A stretch of 64,000 bases of DNA. It comes from Geosiphon pyriformis uo1. Its lineage: Eukaryota; Fungi; Glomeromycota. The stretch lies in NCBI GenBank assembly GCA_016748015.1, contig JAAOMT010000697.1:628868-692867 (forward strand), given 5' to 3'. The notes under the pieces were generated by a model, which saw only the letters and a program-made list of their open reading frames with translations, was not told where the DNA came from and searched no databases. The position numbers and the translations under genes are program-made. Below are positions 25,466 to 38,981 of the stretch, piece by piece (within the stretch, counting starts at the first letter, position 1; the number at the start of each line of letters is the position of its first letter).

Positions 25466-26688
25466 AATTCCTTAGAGAAATCAAAAGGAAATCAAAAACT
25501 TTTCTTTAATCAGATATAAATGAAGCGGATTAGATTCATCACCATTAGATTTTAGAAATTGGGGGCTTTGGATTACTAATCTTGCTACCCATTATTGATA
25601 AGGAACAAAAATACCTTTATCACAAGTAATGACATATGACGTGAAACGTGGCAATCTTATTTGAAATTTGGAAGCCCCCGATATGAGTTTCCTGATCGGA
25701 TCGACAGTATTACCATAACCAATCATTAAACACAATTTTTAATATGGGGCAAAGTGAATACATTGTTTTTTTAATAATCAATAATCACCATAAAGGGTAA
25801 TTGATGGAAATTGGGCTCCTGATGTTTGAATTTTGTTTTACATATATATTCTAGTTTCGGAAACAAATTTTTTCTTTTTAAAAAAGAAAATTAATTTTAA
25901 ATATTTTTGTTGAGCATTTATTTTTTTATTTTTTGAACAAATATTTTTATAAACAAATCTTATTATAAGAATATTTCTTAATATTTCAATTTTATATTTA
26001 AAAAAATATCAGCATAAAAATTAACAAAACTTCAATTTTTTATGACTTTTTAATATTTAAAATTTATTTAAAAGAATTATTTGCAATTATTTGGATTTTA
26101 ATTACATCAAAATTGATTTTAACAATTTATTATATTTAAGTATCAAATATTATTTTTATTATTGTAATATTTAATTTTTGATTATTTAATTAAATACAAT
26201 TTATTGTAAATAAAGTTTTAATTCCGTTAAAGCTTGAAAATTTATTGTCGGAACAGTGAAGGCGCGGACGTGCCCCGTGTATATGCAACTTGATCGGTCA
26301 TCACAGAATTTCAAGTCACACAAAATGCCACGAGTCGAAAAAAAATTACAATATATGCAATTTATAAATTTCACATTCTTTTGAACCATCCAAAATTAGC
26401 TCCTTTTCTTCATTTCTTTTAACCTTTGAAGCTTGTTGAACCAAGTTTTGTCCTTTCCTTTTTTTACACAAAAATTTTTTTACTCCCTATCTCCCTTCAT
26501 TTTCTCCCTCAACCATTCTTTAACATAATATCCCGCTATTTATAAACCAACTTTTCTTACTTTTCCTGTTTAATCCTATAAAGACAATTCCACCATCTCA
26601 AAACTTTGAGTTATTTTCAAGGAAAACCTTTAGTTTCAAGAATTATAAAAACGGGTACAAACTTTTCAAAGAAAAGAGAGTGAAAAAA

Positions 26689-27912
26689 ATGAAGTTAAAC
26701 CAATCCTTCGTTTTGACATTTATCGTGCTTTTTTACCTGTCCCTGATAAGTGCTCAGCCTTCTACTGGCGGTTCTTCCAACGCATGCAACGGTTACCCGT
26801 CACTCTGTTCAAAATCTTATCAAGAAGTGTCCTATGCTACAGCACATAACGCATTTGCGGTTGGTAAATACGTGGCAGCAAACCAAAATTTTGATTTGAC
26901 TATACAGCTAAAAGATGGAGTTCGGGCTTTCATGTTTGACGCCCATGAACCAATTAATGGAACTGATCTGCAAGCTATTGAATTATGCCATCAATCGTGT
27001 AAATTATTAGACATGGGGAATCTTGTGAAGACTTTGGAAAAAATATTAGATTGGTTGAATTCTAATCCTAATGAAGTTATAACCATTTTGTGGGAGAACT
27101 TTGACAAGATTGCTCCCGCAAGATTTCAGAATGCCTATCAACAAGCCGGTCTGTTACCTTATTTGTATACTAGACAGGATCCAAAACAACCATGGCCTAC
27201 ATTACAATCGATCATTAACTCTGGGAAAAGGGTTGTGAACTTTATTGACACTGGGGCAGACGCAAATGTTCCATGGTGAGTGAATTATTGATTAACTGGA
27301 TCAAATTCTAGTTTTTCTCGGAATTTGGGGAGAAGTGATCCTGAAAAGTTTAACTAAATATTTATTCATTCATCTAAATTTGTAAATTTAAGGCTCATGT
27401 CAGAGTACGACTATGTCTTTGAAACTCCATTCGAGAATTTCGATGCTAATGGTTTTAAATGTACCGTCGATCGTCCCAAAGATCAACCAAGATCGATGTA
27501 TGTATTGAACCATTTCTTGTACGGAAAACTTCCCGCAGCTTTGAATAATAATGGACAGCCAATCGATATCCCTCAATCTGGCTCAGCCAGCCAAACCAAT
27601 TCCCAGAATCTTCAAAATCATGCTGATAATTGTAAATCAACTTTTGGCAAGATTGCAAATTTCGTTGCCATAGATTTTTATGATAAAGGTGAAAATAATG
27701 TCAATGCACTTTCTGTTGTCGCTAATTTAAATGGGGTCCAATATATACCAAAGCCACTTGGCACTAATTCAACTAAATCCAGTAACAATCCCGGTAAAGG
27801 GGGTATTACCAACTTCTTTAGTGGTGCTCATGATTTAAGGGTTTCTCGTGAATCTCTTCTTACCATATTAGCCATTTGGGTATTTAAATTATTTTTCAAG
27901 CAGGACTTGTAA
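26689..27912 (+). CDS. Secreted PI-PLC X-domain/PLC-like phosphodiesterase, probably GPI-anchored
   Basis: Signal peptide, CNGYPSLC, TAHNAFA, NQNFDLTIQLKDGVRAFMFDAH, LCHQSC, NPNEVITILWE, ANFVAIDFY and a hydrophobic C-terminus. One intron at about 27276-27392. Confidence 0.9.
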
Positions 27913-28438
27913 AATAATCATTCAGTTTCCTAGGACTTTTTCACAATATTTATTGTACATAAACTTTCGGATATAATATATATCAAAAGGAAAATACTCT
28001 TGATAGAGTAATTTTAAATCCGTCGATTGCATTTAGGGGAAGTGAACATTTGATGTTGAGGGTTCAAAATGATAATCATAATTGTACTACATTCACTTTG
28101 GTGTGTATAATGTTATGATAAGTTAGAATCGAACTTTTCTATTTTATCTGTTAAAGCTTTATGATAAAAAAAAATTTTTTTTCTATCTCTAGTCGAATTC
28201 CAATAAAGGGAGAATACAATTTATTCATTTTACACAATATTTGGTTACGAGAAAAAAATAAGAATTTTTTCCATTGTTCAATTCTAAAAAGTGATTTCGT
28301 TATTTGTGAAAAATTGACGTATTATCTAGGATGGGGAAAAAGACTGATATTTACAAATTGAATATGAATCAAAAATTGAAAGAGAAAGGAGATTATCTCT
28401 AAAAAAAAAACCATCCAAAAGAACAACATGATAAAATA

Positions 28439-28471
28439 TCATCTCCGTGTTCCATCATTTGCGGTGTTACT

Positions 28472-28504
<33 letters not shown>

Positions 28505-29331
28505 GGATGATGAGGGTCGAGATGGCTGTGGTCGAAAGGCATTTGATTTTTGAAATCGATTACTGGCATCTTGACCAGCTGCCACAGCTACAAACCTGAA
28601 AATCATGCCTTTCATCCATTCCTCCCATTCTCTATTTTGACTCTTTCCTCCATTATTATTATTATTATTATTGTTGTTGTTGTTGTTTTTAGTACCATTG
28701 GTTGAATTATGATTATTGTTTTGTGGGTTTGAATTGGTATTGCCATTACCACCCCCTAAATGACTATGTTTTCCATTATTATTAGAATTACCGGACATTG
28801 AACCGGTATCCAAATTCGGTTGATCGAAATGCTTTTTGGCAAATTCTTCCCAATCATTACCCATCATTGATAAGCGATCATTTACACCTTGCTTCATGTA
28901 TGACCAAACGCGTGATGTGCGCACCATTTGTTTAGTATCATCATAGAAAGTGAGAATGTAAGAGGCACAGAATAGGACCCAAACGGTTGTTATGCAAAAA
29001 CAATAAACCACCACTAATGTGATTGTTTTTACTGTTGAGGAGGAAATCACGCGACGTGGTAATTGAAGGGGACGAAGTAGTAATGCTGTAAATCCTGAAT
29101 TTTGGTGTTGGTGGTGTTGTTGGTGATGGTGATTGTTGTTTTTATTTGTGGTTCTAGTCGTGGTCTTTAGGCTATGTTTTTTATTAATTCCATTACGTGA
29201 CGTGAGAGGTATGGTAGGTATTGAAGCCGATGATGAGGATGGAGTATTAGACTGATGCTGGGTGTGATAATTGGATTCATGATAAAATGGTGAGGAACTA
29301 GTTTTAAAGAAGGAAGACTCAACGTCTTCAC

Positions 29332-29395
<64 letters not shown>

Positions 29396-29461
29396 CTTGT
29401 TATCGTTATAGAAATTGTTCAAGGACGGTGACGATGGAGTTGAAGTATTTCGAGGAGCCAT
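28439..29461 (-). CDS. Hypothetical low-complexity (poly-N/S/H) protein with a central transmembrane segment
   Basis: 340-codon uninterrupted ORF; hydrophobic segment ITLVVVYCFCITTVWVLFCASYILTFY. Confidence 0.75.
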
Positions 29462-29732
29462 TCAAAAATGTTATTTTTTAAACTTGGGGTATTTTGTTTT
29501 TTGGTTTTTTTAAAAGAATTTTCCTCTAGTGTTAAAAAAGTCTTTTGACGCGAAAAAATATATACTTTTTTTTCGAGCTTTTCTTTTAATAGTTTATGAA
29601 AAAAAAGAATAAGTGTTTTTTTCTTTTCTTTGTTTCAAAGTAAGTTGGGATAGTAACATGGGGAAGGGGAAGTGGAGGAAACNNNNNNNNNNNNNNNNNN
29701 NNNNNNNNNNNNNNNNNNNNNNNNNNNNNNNN

Positions 29733-30376
29733 AACATGCTTTGGACTTCTTCTCTGATAAAATTATGCTCCATTGGTGGGACATGGTAAGCGCGTTGTTT
29801 TTCAGGTCTGGCATCTCCAGTGGGGATTTGGTGTTGAACCAAGTTGGTTCTTCTAAATTCGCCATTTCTTGAAAATATATCAGAGTATTTTAAAATTAAT
29901 GCTTTTAATTGTCGCTGTTGGTCGGGATCCATTGTTCCAATGTTTAATTTGGCCAATTCTTCTGGCGTAAATTGATAGCATTCTACCAGTTGTTGCCAAT
30001 TTATTGAAGTAAGTTCACAGTAGAGGGCGATTTCTGGGAAATTTAGAATTTCTTGTGGTGTTGATGCGTTTTCTAGCTCTATTCCGAGGTATCCAATGAT
30101 GGTATCTTCCAGAATGTAGACGGGTTCTTCTGTGGTGTTTGCGATAAGAATTTTTATCCATTGAGCTTTATCAGCTGGAATAAAAAGGTTAGTAAGTCCT
30201 ATGAGAAACTGTTGGCAAGTTTCTGAGTAGGGCTCAAATATTAGGTCTTTTTCTTTAATTGTCCTTTTTATTCTTATTTCTGATTTTCCATATGGTAGGA
30301 GCGTGATGGACTGCTCATTTTTAATTACTTCGCCTTTTTCCTTTATTGTTTCAGCGAAATTTGCTTCAATTCCTTT
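29733..30376 (-). mobile_element. Young Gypsy pol fragment (pre-RT region) between assembly gaps
   Basis: KYSDIFSRNGEFRRTNLVQHQIPTGDARPEKQRAY; overlap identical to the fragment at 35883-36227. Confidence 0.9.
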
Positions 30377-31090
30377 NNNNNNNNNNNNNNNNNNNNNNNN
30401 NNNNNNNNNNNNNNNNNNNNNNNNNNTTTTCGCTTTCAAGATACTTTTTAAATAAGTAAAACCGTTCTATTTATTTTTAAAAAGGAAAGTGGTGTTACTC
30501 TCGTTTTTTTTGGGGGGGGGGGAGGGGTGGAGGGGGGGGGAGGTGAGGTGAGGTAAGGTGAGGGGATTTTTTTTGTTATAATGAAATTTGAAAAAAGAAC
30601 CTTTGGTTAAAATCAAGCTTCCATTTCGGGCGCTCCAAATTTTTTTTTATTTAAAGAATTTATAAATGGAACGCCAAGATACCAGATCAAGGCTTAAAAC
30701 GGAATACCAAAGGTTAACCTGCACAAGAAACTGAAAAACACAACAATTCTCGAAAATTTCCGTTGTCCTGCGCTTTTCAGCTGCTATCACGATATGATTT
30801 CATCGCCACCTTGTATTTACCGTTACACATAATATCAAGCTTTACTAAATGAAAGGAGAAGCTAGTTAGGGTATAAGGTGAAGCTATGACGCTAGAACAA
30901 TCGAAAACCTTTTTTGAATATCCTTTTATGTACAAGCTAAATTAATTATTAAATTGTTTGATGATCTAATAAGATGAAAAATGATCAATATCTTTTTATT
31001 AAAGATTTCGGCCGTAATTTTTGGAGTTTTGAGTCAAAATTTAATTTGATTTAATTTATTCTATTCTATTCTATACTATACTATTCTATT

Positions 31091-32202
31091 CTATTCTATT
31101 CTATTCCTCTTGCTAGTTCTTCCCTCTTCCTTTTTACCAGCATTTGCGTTGGAATGTTTCAGAGCAGTTACTTGTGATGTGCTAGCTGAGGCTGCAACTA
31201 GTGGAGCCTTCATATCATTATCTTCATGTTTAACAGATCTCAATGGATATTCAAATGCATGTCCTTCAAATGCACTGTAATTTCAAAAAGAGGTTTTGTA
31301 AAAGCAGGTTTTTAAACCTATTTAAATAACAACAACAACAACAACATGAAATTAAACTCACTTCATTGATGGTTGTGGATCTTCGTCGAAATAGGGATGA
31401 ACCAATGCGTCTTTAGCAGTGATACGTTTAACCGGGTCATATTCTAACATCCTTGATAATAGCTCAAATCCCAACTCAGTTTTTGCCGAACAATATCTTT
31501 GCAGACAGTTCTGATAACTTTAAATATGGGTCAGGTCAGCATTGATTTCGTGGATGAAAAAGCAAATATTATATTTTATAATATTTGTGATGATATGAGA
31601 AACAATTTAGAAACTTTTAATAATTTAAATCACGACCTACATGCGGATTGGAGGAGTCATGTTATGATATTCAGGCTGTTGATCAATGGTTGGCCACCGC
31701 TCCTCTTTAAAAGAGAGATGAATTTATTAGAAATTGAAAAAGTGGAGAATTGATCCTTTAAAACAACATATAATGAGTATTTACTTGTGGGCGTTCCCAA
31801 AACCTCAAATATCTGAGTTAATTGATGTCGTTGAAAGGGTACATTTTTTTTACTGTCCATCTTCGCTTCTTCACCCTTAAAAATTGGTTTCAAAGTTAAA
31901 AGTTCCGCAAATATACAACCGACAGCCCATATATCTAAAAAGTAAAGAATAGGAGTTTTTTTTTAAGTTTTTAGGTTTGCGACGAGAGAAATAAAAAAAC
32001 TCTACTTGCCTATAGCATTTGTGTAATGTCTAGAGCCGAGCAACAATTCTGGAGCACGATACCAAATTGTAACGACGACTTTATCACCGTTGAACAGAGG
32101 TGCTAATGGTCGATGATATAATCTGGCTAAACCCAAATCCCCTGAATCATTCAAAATAAGCAGATTTTTAGTGATTAATTTTTCTAAAATTCATGTATAA
32201 TA

Positions 32203-32234
<32 letters not shown>

Positions 32235-33079
32235 CAATAATAATAATAATAGAAAGATTTCAAAGATACCTATTTTAACAACACCATCAGCGGTGACCAA
32301 TATATTGGCCGGTTTTAAATCACGATGTAGAACCCAATTGGCATGCAAATATGAAACACCATTTAACAATTGCCATAAAAATGATTTAACAGTAAAATCA
32401 GGGATGGGTTTACGCCCATGTTGGCTATGATAATGAATAATTTGCTATAATCAAAAGAAAGAAACAATTTAGAAAAATTTTTTTTTTCCATCGATGAAAG
32501 AGCATGAAAAATGAGCTCACCAAAAAATCATGTTCTGCATAATCAAATACCATGTGTATCGATTTATCTTCCAATAAAACTTCAATTAATCCGATTATAT
32601 TTTCATGACTGAGTTCTCGGCATAACTAAATTACGAAAAGAATTTTAAGGTTAAGGCAAAGGCAAAGGCAAAGAAAAAGAAAAAAGTAAAGACTATTTCG
32701 TCCGAGCACTTACAGATATTTCACGGCAAGCCGATTGAGAAATACCAGTATAAGAGTGAGGCTCACCTTCTTTGTCTGGTTTAAATTTTTTTATGGCATA
32801 TAGACGTTCCGGTTCATCGTCTTCCTCCTCTTCTCCACTTCTAGAAACTTGAAAAGTTAGCGGCTTTTTAAAACAAAATAAAAAATATAAGTTTAAAGTA
32901 AAATACACTAACGTGTTCTTTGCCTTAGCCTTATAGACTCGGCCATATGTTCCCGAACTAATAAAACCTAATACCTCGTATTTCTCTGTTACTCTCACTC
33001 TCTGAGTTTCTCGTCTTAATTTAAACTCCTGAAGCATTCCAGTAGCTGTTGGTTGAGGTTTTTTACTACCACGCTTCAT
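31091..33079 (-). CDS. SSN3: Cyclin-dependent kinase 8 (Mediator kinase, Ssn3/Srb10)
   Basis: [81 protein letters not shown]. Includes a GC-AG intron (31935-32009). Ends SKRNRIE*. Confidence 0.95.
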
Positions 33080-33130
33080 CTTTTCAACTCCTTAATAGAT
33101 TGGTTACATAAAACAACAACAATAACAATA

Positions 33131-33169
33131 ATGATGATGATGATGATTATGATGATGATGATGATGATT

Positions 33170-33201
<32 letters not shown>

Positions 33202-33213
33202 AATGATGATGAT
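33131..33213. repeat. (GAT)n microsatellite in the CDK8/NDUFA4-like divergent intergenic region
   Basis: Direct reading. Confidence 0.95.
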
Positions 33214-33661
33214 ATAGAATCTTGTATTCCGTTAAAGAAAAGCCCGCAAAACAAGAATCAATGCCCAGGTGGCAAATCTCATTTTATCGCGTGATATTGA
33301 ACAACAACAACAGGATAATGAGGATGTTTGTTGTGGTAGTGGTCAGATGCCCTCATTGTTATGAAAGATTTCCGGGTGGTCAGATGTCCCATTGTTATGA
33401 AAGATTCCCAGATCGTCCGCATACATATTTATGCATTGTTAAAACCTGGAAGAATTTGGAAGAAACTCTCTCGTAGAGGTTATACAAAGTTCTCACGGCA
33501 AGTCAAGTGGGATGAAAAAGAAAGGCGCTCATTTTCATTTTAATTTAAACTAGTTGCTTTACCAGTTGGGAATATAGCGGAATTAAGACCTTTTTTTGCT
33601 CTTTCCCTGTTATTGTTTCAAATTTATTCCTATTTTTGATTAATATCTTTTAACGAACGAA

Positions 33662-34203
33662 ATGGCAACCAAGTTTTTTGTTAACAACCCTGCTGTAAGT
33701 TGTGAAGGAATGGATAGGAACTTTTTTTCGTGTATAAAAGAACAAACGGGAGGGGGAGGGGGAGGGGGAGGGCGGGGGGTTATTTTTAACTTGAATTTAA
33801 AATTTTCACTTATTAGCTTATTCCTCTTTTTGTCGCGTGTGGAGGTGGTGTCTTTGGAAGTGTTTGGTGAGTAATTATTTCAGAAAAAAAACAAAAATTT
33901 TTTTTTTCTTAGATTATATGGTTAAATTCCCTTATTTTCTAAAGGTATGCAAGCCATACTCTTCGCAATAACCCTGACGTTGTTTTGAACAAGTTTGGAA
34001 ACCCTCAACCTTGGAATAACATTGAACAGCATCAGAATGTGAAGGTAATTATTTTTTTAAAGTCTTTTTATTTTATTTTATTTTTTATAAATGAAAAGTT
34101 GGAAATTAAACTTAAATTTTTGTAATTTTTTAAGCTTATTACCATCAATAAAAAGTTCTTTGAAGATAGAAAAGGAATTCAATCACCTTCCAAAGGATAC
34201 TAG
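33662..34203 (+). CDS. NDUFA4: NDUFA4/COXFA4 (MLRQ, B12D family) small mitochondrial protein, 4 exons
   Basis: Spliced product MATKFFVNNPA|LIPLFVACGGGVFGSVW|YASHTLRNNPDVVLNKFGNPQPWNNIEQHQNVK|LITINKKFFEDRKGIQSPSKGY*. LIPLF and NPDV...PW are the family motifs. Confidence 0.85.
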
Positions 34204-34716
34204 TCGTAAATTTTTATTTTTGTATCGATTTTAATAATCGAAATAAGAATAAATATATAATAATGTTCCTTCGATTGATCATTAGTAGGAATAAATTTGA
34301 ATATTTGCCTTTAGAAATTTTATTTTTAGAATAGTTTTTAAAGAAAACTTTGTTCAGTGAAACGCAGAAGGTAAAATAAAAACAAGTTGAAATTTCTCAT
34401 CAATATTAACTCCTTAATAAATTAATATTTACAAAGTGAACTCCTTAGAAAGAGTCATTCTTAATTATTAATTTTATAATAGAGTTTTTAATTATGATAA
34501 AATAGAATTTTCAAAATATTTAATTAAAAGAAATATTTTGAAATCTCTAAATCAATCCTCTTTAGTTTCTTAGATTATTTTTATTATTTAATTTTTACAT
34601 TCGAAACAAAAAAATAATTGATTTTTTAATAATTAATTTTCATTTGAAGAACTATTTTTCAAACCCTTTTTTTTTTGTAAAGAGAACACTGGAAACTTTA
34701 CCATCTTAAAAAATGT

Positions 34717-34778
<62 letters not shown>

Positions 34779-34828
34779 NNNNNNNNNNNNNNNNNNNNNN
34801 NNNNNNNNNNNNNNNNNNNNNNNNNNNN

Positions 34829-36227
34829 CAGCGTGTCTCAATCTCTCAAAAACTTGTTGTAAATGTTGGAGATGATCCGTGAATTTTAACGAGAAAACAT
34901 TTGTATCATCCAAGTAGACAACAATGGATTGCCACAGGATTCTGGAGTAAATTACGTCCATTAGTCTTTGGAATGTCGCGGGAGCATTTGTTAATCCAAA
35001 TGGCATTACATTGAACTCATAATTGCCATTTTGTGTTGTGAATGCTGTTTTATGCCTGTTCTTTGGGTCCATTTCCACTTGCCAGTACTCACTGGTCAAG
35101 TCCAGTGTAGAAAACCATTTTGCTCCTCCAAAAACGTCAAAGATTTTGTCAATTAACGGTATTGGGTATGAGTCTTTGGTTGTTTTGCTGTTTAGTTTGC
35201 GATAGTCGATGCAAAATCTAATTTTTCCGTTCTTTTTCCTTACTAAAACAACTGGTGAGGACCATGGACTCATTGATGGTTGTATTATTCCTTTTTCCAA
35301 CATGCTTTGGACTTCTTCTCTGATAAAATTATGCTNNNNNNNNNNNNNNNNNNNNNNNNNNNNNNNNNNNNNNNNNNNNNNNNNNGCATAGTAGGTAATT
35401 AAGGGGTTTGGCGATATTTGAAAAGTTTTCTACAAAGCGGCGGTAGTAAGATGTGAGTCCTAAAAAGCTTCTAACTTCTGAGACGTTTCGAGGTACTGGA
35501 AAATTTTTCACTTTGTCTATTTTTGATGAATCTGGTTTTATTTCATCTTTTCCAACTACGTGTTCTAAAAATGCTAGCTCATTTTTCCCAAAGAAACATT
35601 TTTCTAGATTTAGTTTAAGTCCAGCGTGTCTCAATCTCTCAAAAACTTGTTGTAAATGTTGGAGATGATCCGTGAATTTTAACGAGAAAACATTTGTATC
35701 ATCCAAGTAGACAACAATGGATTGCCACAGGATTCTGGAGTAAATTACGTCCATTAGTCTTTGGAATGTCGCGGGAGCATTTGTTAATCCAAATGGCATT
35801 ACATTGAACTCATAATTGCCATTTTGTGTTGTNNNNNNNNNNNNNNNNNNNNNNNNNNNNNNNNNNNNNNNNNNNNNNNNNNGTCTTTGGTTGTTTTGCT
35901 GTTTAGTTTGCGATAGTCGATGCAAAATCTAATTTTTCCGTTCTTTTTCCTTACTAAAACAACTGGTGAGGACCATGGACTCATTGATGGTTGTATTATT
36001 CCTTTTTCCAACATGCTTTGGACTTCTTCTCTGATAAAATTATGCTCCATTGGTGGGACATGGTAAGCGCGTTGTTTTTCAGGTCTGGCATCTCCAGTGG
36101 GGATTTGGTGTTGAACCAAGTTGGTTCTTCTAAATTCGCCATTTCTTGAAAATATATCAGAGTATTTTAAAATTAATGCTTTTAATTGTCGCTGTTGGTC
36201 GGGATCCATTGTTCCAATGTTTAATTT
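34829..36227 (-). mobile_element. Three overlapping young Gypsy RT fragments separated by N gaps (collapsed repeat)
   Basis: SPWSSPVVLVRKKNGKIRFCIDYRKLN, MPFGLTNAPATFQR and an intact YLDD. The fragments overlap each other with identical sequence. Confidence 0.92.
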
Positions 36228-36317
36228 NNNNNNNNNNNNNNNNNNNNNNNNNNNNNNNNNNNNNNNNNNNNNNNNNNTCTTCTTTCTTTTTTTCTCTGTA
36301 TTTTCTAATTTTTTTAG

Positions 36318-37444
36318 ATCTTTTCTTATGAGGGGCATACAGGAAACGTGACGGCTGTCGCTTTTCATTGTGAAGGCAAATGGATGGTCACAGGCAGCGA
36401 AGATTGTACGCTTAAAATTTGGGATACAAGGTGCTCAATTATTCTCTCAACTTTTTCTTAATCATTATATCCTAATTAGCTGTCTAACTGTTACTCTAAC
36501 CTTTTCTGTATACTCAGGGCATCATCAATACAACGAAATTACGATCATAAATCACCTGTCAATGATGTCGCGATCCATCCCAATCAGGGTGAATTAATAT
36601 CTTGTGATCAAAAAGGTAGTATTAAGATCTGGGATCTTGCAGAGAATTCGTGTACACATGAATTGGTAAGTCCCTCTGTTAATTCTTGTAATGAGGTCTT
36701 TTCTATTCAACCTCTACTTTTCTTTTTTCTTTTTTTCTTTTCCTAGGTTCCAGAGGATGATGTACCTGTAAGATCAGTGACTGTGGCAGTTGATGGCTCA
36801 ATGTTAGTTGCTGCTAACAATAAGGTATTAAGAATTCTGACTGTTTTTTCTTTCCTATGAAATTTACAACTCATTTATATATTGTCTGCTTTGTTAAGGG
36901 TAATTGCTATGCGTGGAAAATGTCTAATACACGTGATTTTACCGATTTGCAAGCAGTTGCAAAATTTTCTGCTCACAATAAATATATTACGAGATGTTTG
37001 CTGAGTCCAGATGTAAAGTACGTATTATTTGGTGAGTTTTAATTTTGTGAAATTTATGATCAAAAACTTTCTACATTAGACATTTGGCAACATGTTCAGC
37101 AGACACGACCGTAAAAATATGGTCAACAGCTAATCATGAGTTCAAGCTGGATAAGGAATTAAAAGGGCATACACGTTGGGTGTGGGACTGTGCATTTTCA
37201 GCTGACTCTGCATATTTGGTCACAGGTTAGTTAGTTAGTTATATTTATTTTTTATTTTTGCAACAAGAACTGTCTCAAAAAAAATAAAAAAATCCTTATT
37301 TTTTATGATTTCCCTTTTTAAGCATCATCCGATCAATTAGCCAGACTGTGGGAATTACAGCAAGGGGAAACCATAAGGCAATACAATGGTCACCATAAAG
37401 CAGCTATTTGTGTTGCTTTAAATGACTTGTCTATTGGTAACTGA
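36318..37444 (+). CDS. LST8: TOR complex subunit LST8 (WD40); 5' exons missing in the assembly gap
   Basis: [45 protein letters not shown]|[49 protein letters not shown]. Stop at 37442-37444. Confidence 0.93.
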
Positions 37445-38271
37445 AATGAAATGGTGGGATTGAATAATGGAAAAAGATTGCTGACTTGAATATCTTTTTG
37501 GTGAAAACATTTTAACGGCAAGTCATAAACTTTATATCTCATTCATTTTATTTACAGCGTAAGCTCATTGGGGCTTGCCGTTTCAAGAAGATATAGGCAG
37601 ATGCCTAGTGTTTTTAATTAAATGAGGATTTTACTTTCATAAGTATATAATTTTTTTGGGTGTCTTCATGCCTATGTAATGAGTGATTGTCGAAACTGAT
37701 CAAAGTGTTTCATGCATTTAGAAGTCTCCTTAAGACCAACCAGGGTGGTGGATTAATATCCAAGAGCCATTTTAAGTTAATTATTCATCTCATTCTTGAA
37801 TAAAAGACCTTTATTCGATGATGTCGAATTTCCGTTTGAAATTCCCTAAGGCTGTGACCAATAACTTCTACAATCTAAAACTATCGTAAAATAATACACA
37901 CCAGATAATTCCTTTTTGTATTCAGAGTGGCCTTCCTATTAATAGACATATTAATTTATAAATATTCGAATTTGGTTCAAACGCAAAAAATCAACAAGAA
38001 TTGGAATTCTTGGATTAATCAGAACAATTTTTCCCCACAACAACAACAACAACAACAACCTAGATGCTGAGGCCTGTCAAAAACGACCAATCGAATACCA
38101 CTATCTATTATCTCAAATTACAAATTTAAATGAGATACATTTAATGATGATTGTCCAATGTACCATACTATATATACCCAAATATAACTTGTAAAATGCT
38201 GCTCAAAAATGAAATTGATTTTTTGACTTCACTTTTTTTTTGAGTCCCCGAAGAATCACTTGAAATATAAA

Positions 38272-38981
38272 ATGGCCTCAACGCGTGCAGTTGCAGCTCT
38301 TGACTGGTCAAAACTTACTGTGTCACTAGGCTTACAAAAAGAGACTGTAGCAGCATTGTTAGCCTTCCGTAAGCGTAACGAAGAAGCCAAGCGAGTTGTG
38401 TTTGGGTTAAAAGAGTCACTAAAATCCGAACTTGATTTTGACCACTACCGCAACATATTAAAGAATAAAGGGCTGGTAAATGAGGCGGAAAAAGTTTATA
38501 AAAATCTCAAACCGACCAAAGTCGATTTGGCGGCACAACTGAAAGTCATTGAGACTTTTGAGAAAAAGGCCGTAAGTTTTAAATTTTATTTTTGACTAGC
38601 GTCCATCTTTGTCCGCTTTTTTTGAGCCAAATATGGCAAAATAAACTTTTTTCCCAAATTTGAGTATACACATAATTTGGATTGATTTCAAAAGGTGGAA
38701 AGAGCGAAAAATACAGCAGCAAGATTTGATTCGGAGCTTCGAGATCTCCATCTTACCTTATCCAACATTCAAGATGCTAGACCATTTCCACAACTTACGG
38801 TAGGTTAATTTCTTTTTATATTGTCCGTGCAGTAATGTATTGTAATTCAATTAATATAATTTTACAATCTTAGGTTGATGAGGTTGCTCAAGCTGTACCG
38901 GAGATTGATGTTATCGTGGAAAAAATGGTAAAGAAGGGTGTGTGGGATGTGCCAACATATTCAGAAAAATTCGGAGTATAA
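38272..38981 (+). CDS. ATP7: Mitochondrial ATP synthase subunit d; extreme C-terminus uncertain
   Basis: MASTRAVAALDWSKL, AFRKRNEEAKR, DFDHYRNILKNK, LSNIQDARPF, MVKKGVWDVPTYSEKFG. Two introns. Confidence 0.93.

Noticed and set aside
34698-34778. Poly-Lys ORF tail or LINE poly(A) tail
   Set aside because: The homopolymer abuts an assembly gap; its length is unreliable and no LINE 3' end is adjacent.
29683-36277. Tandem array of Gypsy RT copies, or a TE insertion disrupting LST8
   Set aside because: The pieces are identical, overlapping, out of order and each bounded by N runs. This is a collapsed-repeat gap-filling artefact, and the LST8 5' exons are probably just unassembled.
1889-37444. 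TOR-pathway gene cluster (KICS2 plus LST8)
   Set aside because: The genes are over 30 kb apart with unrelated genes, TE blocks and gaps between them; there is no evidence beyond coincidence.
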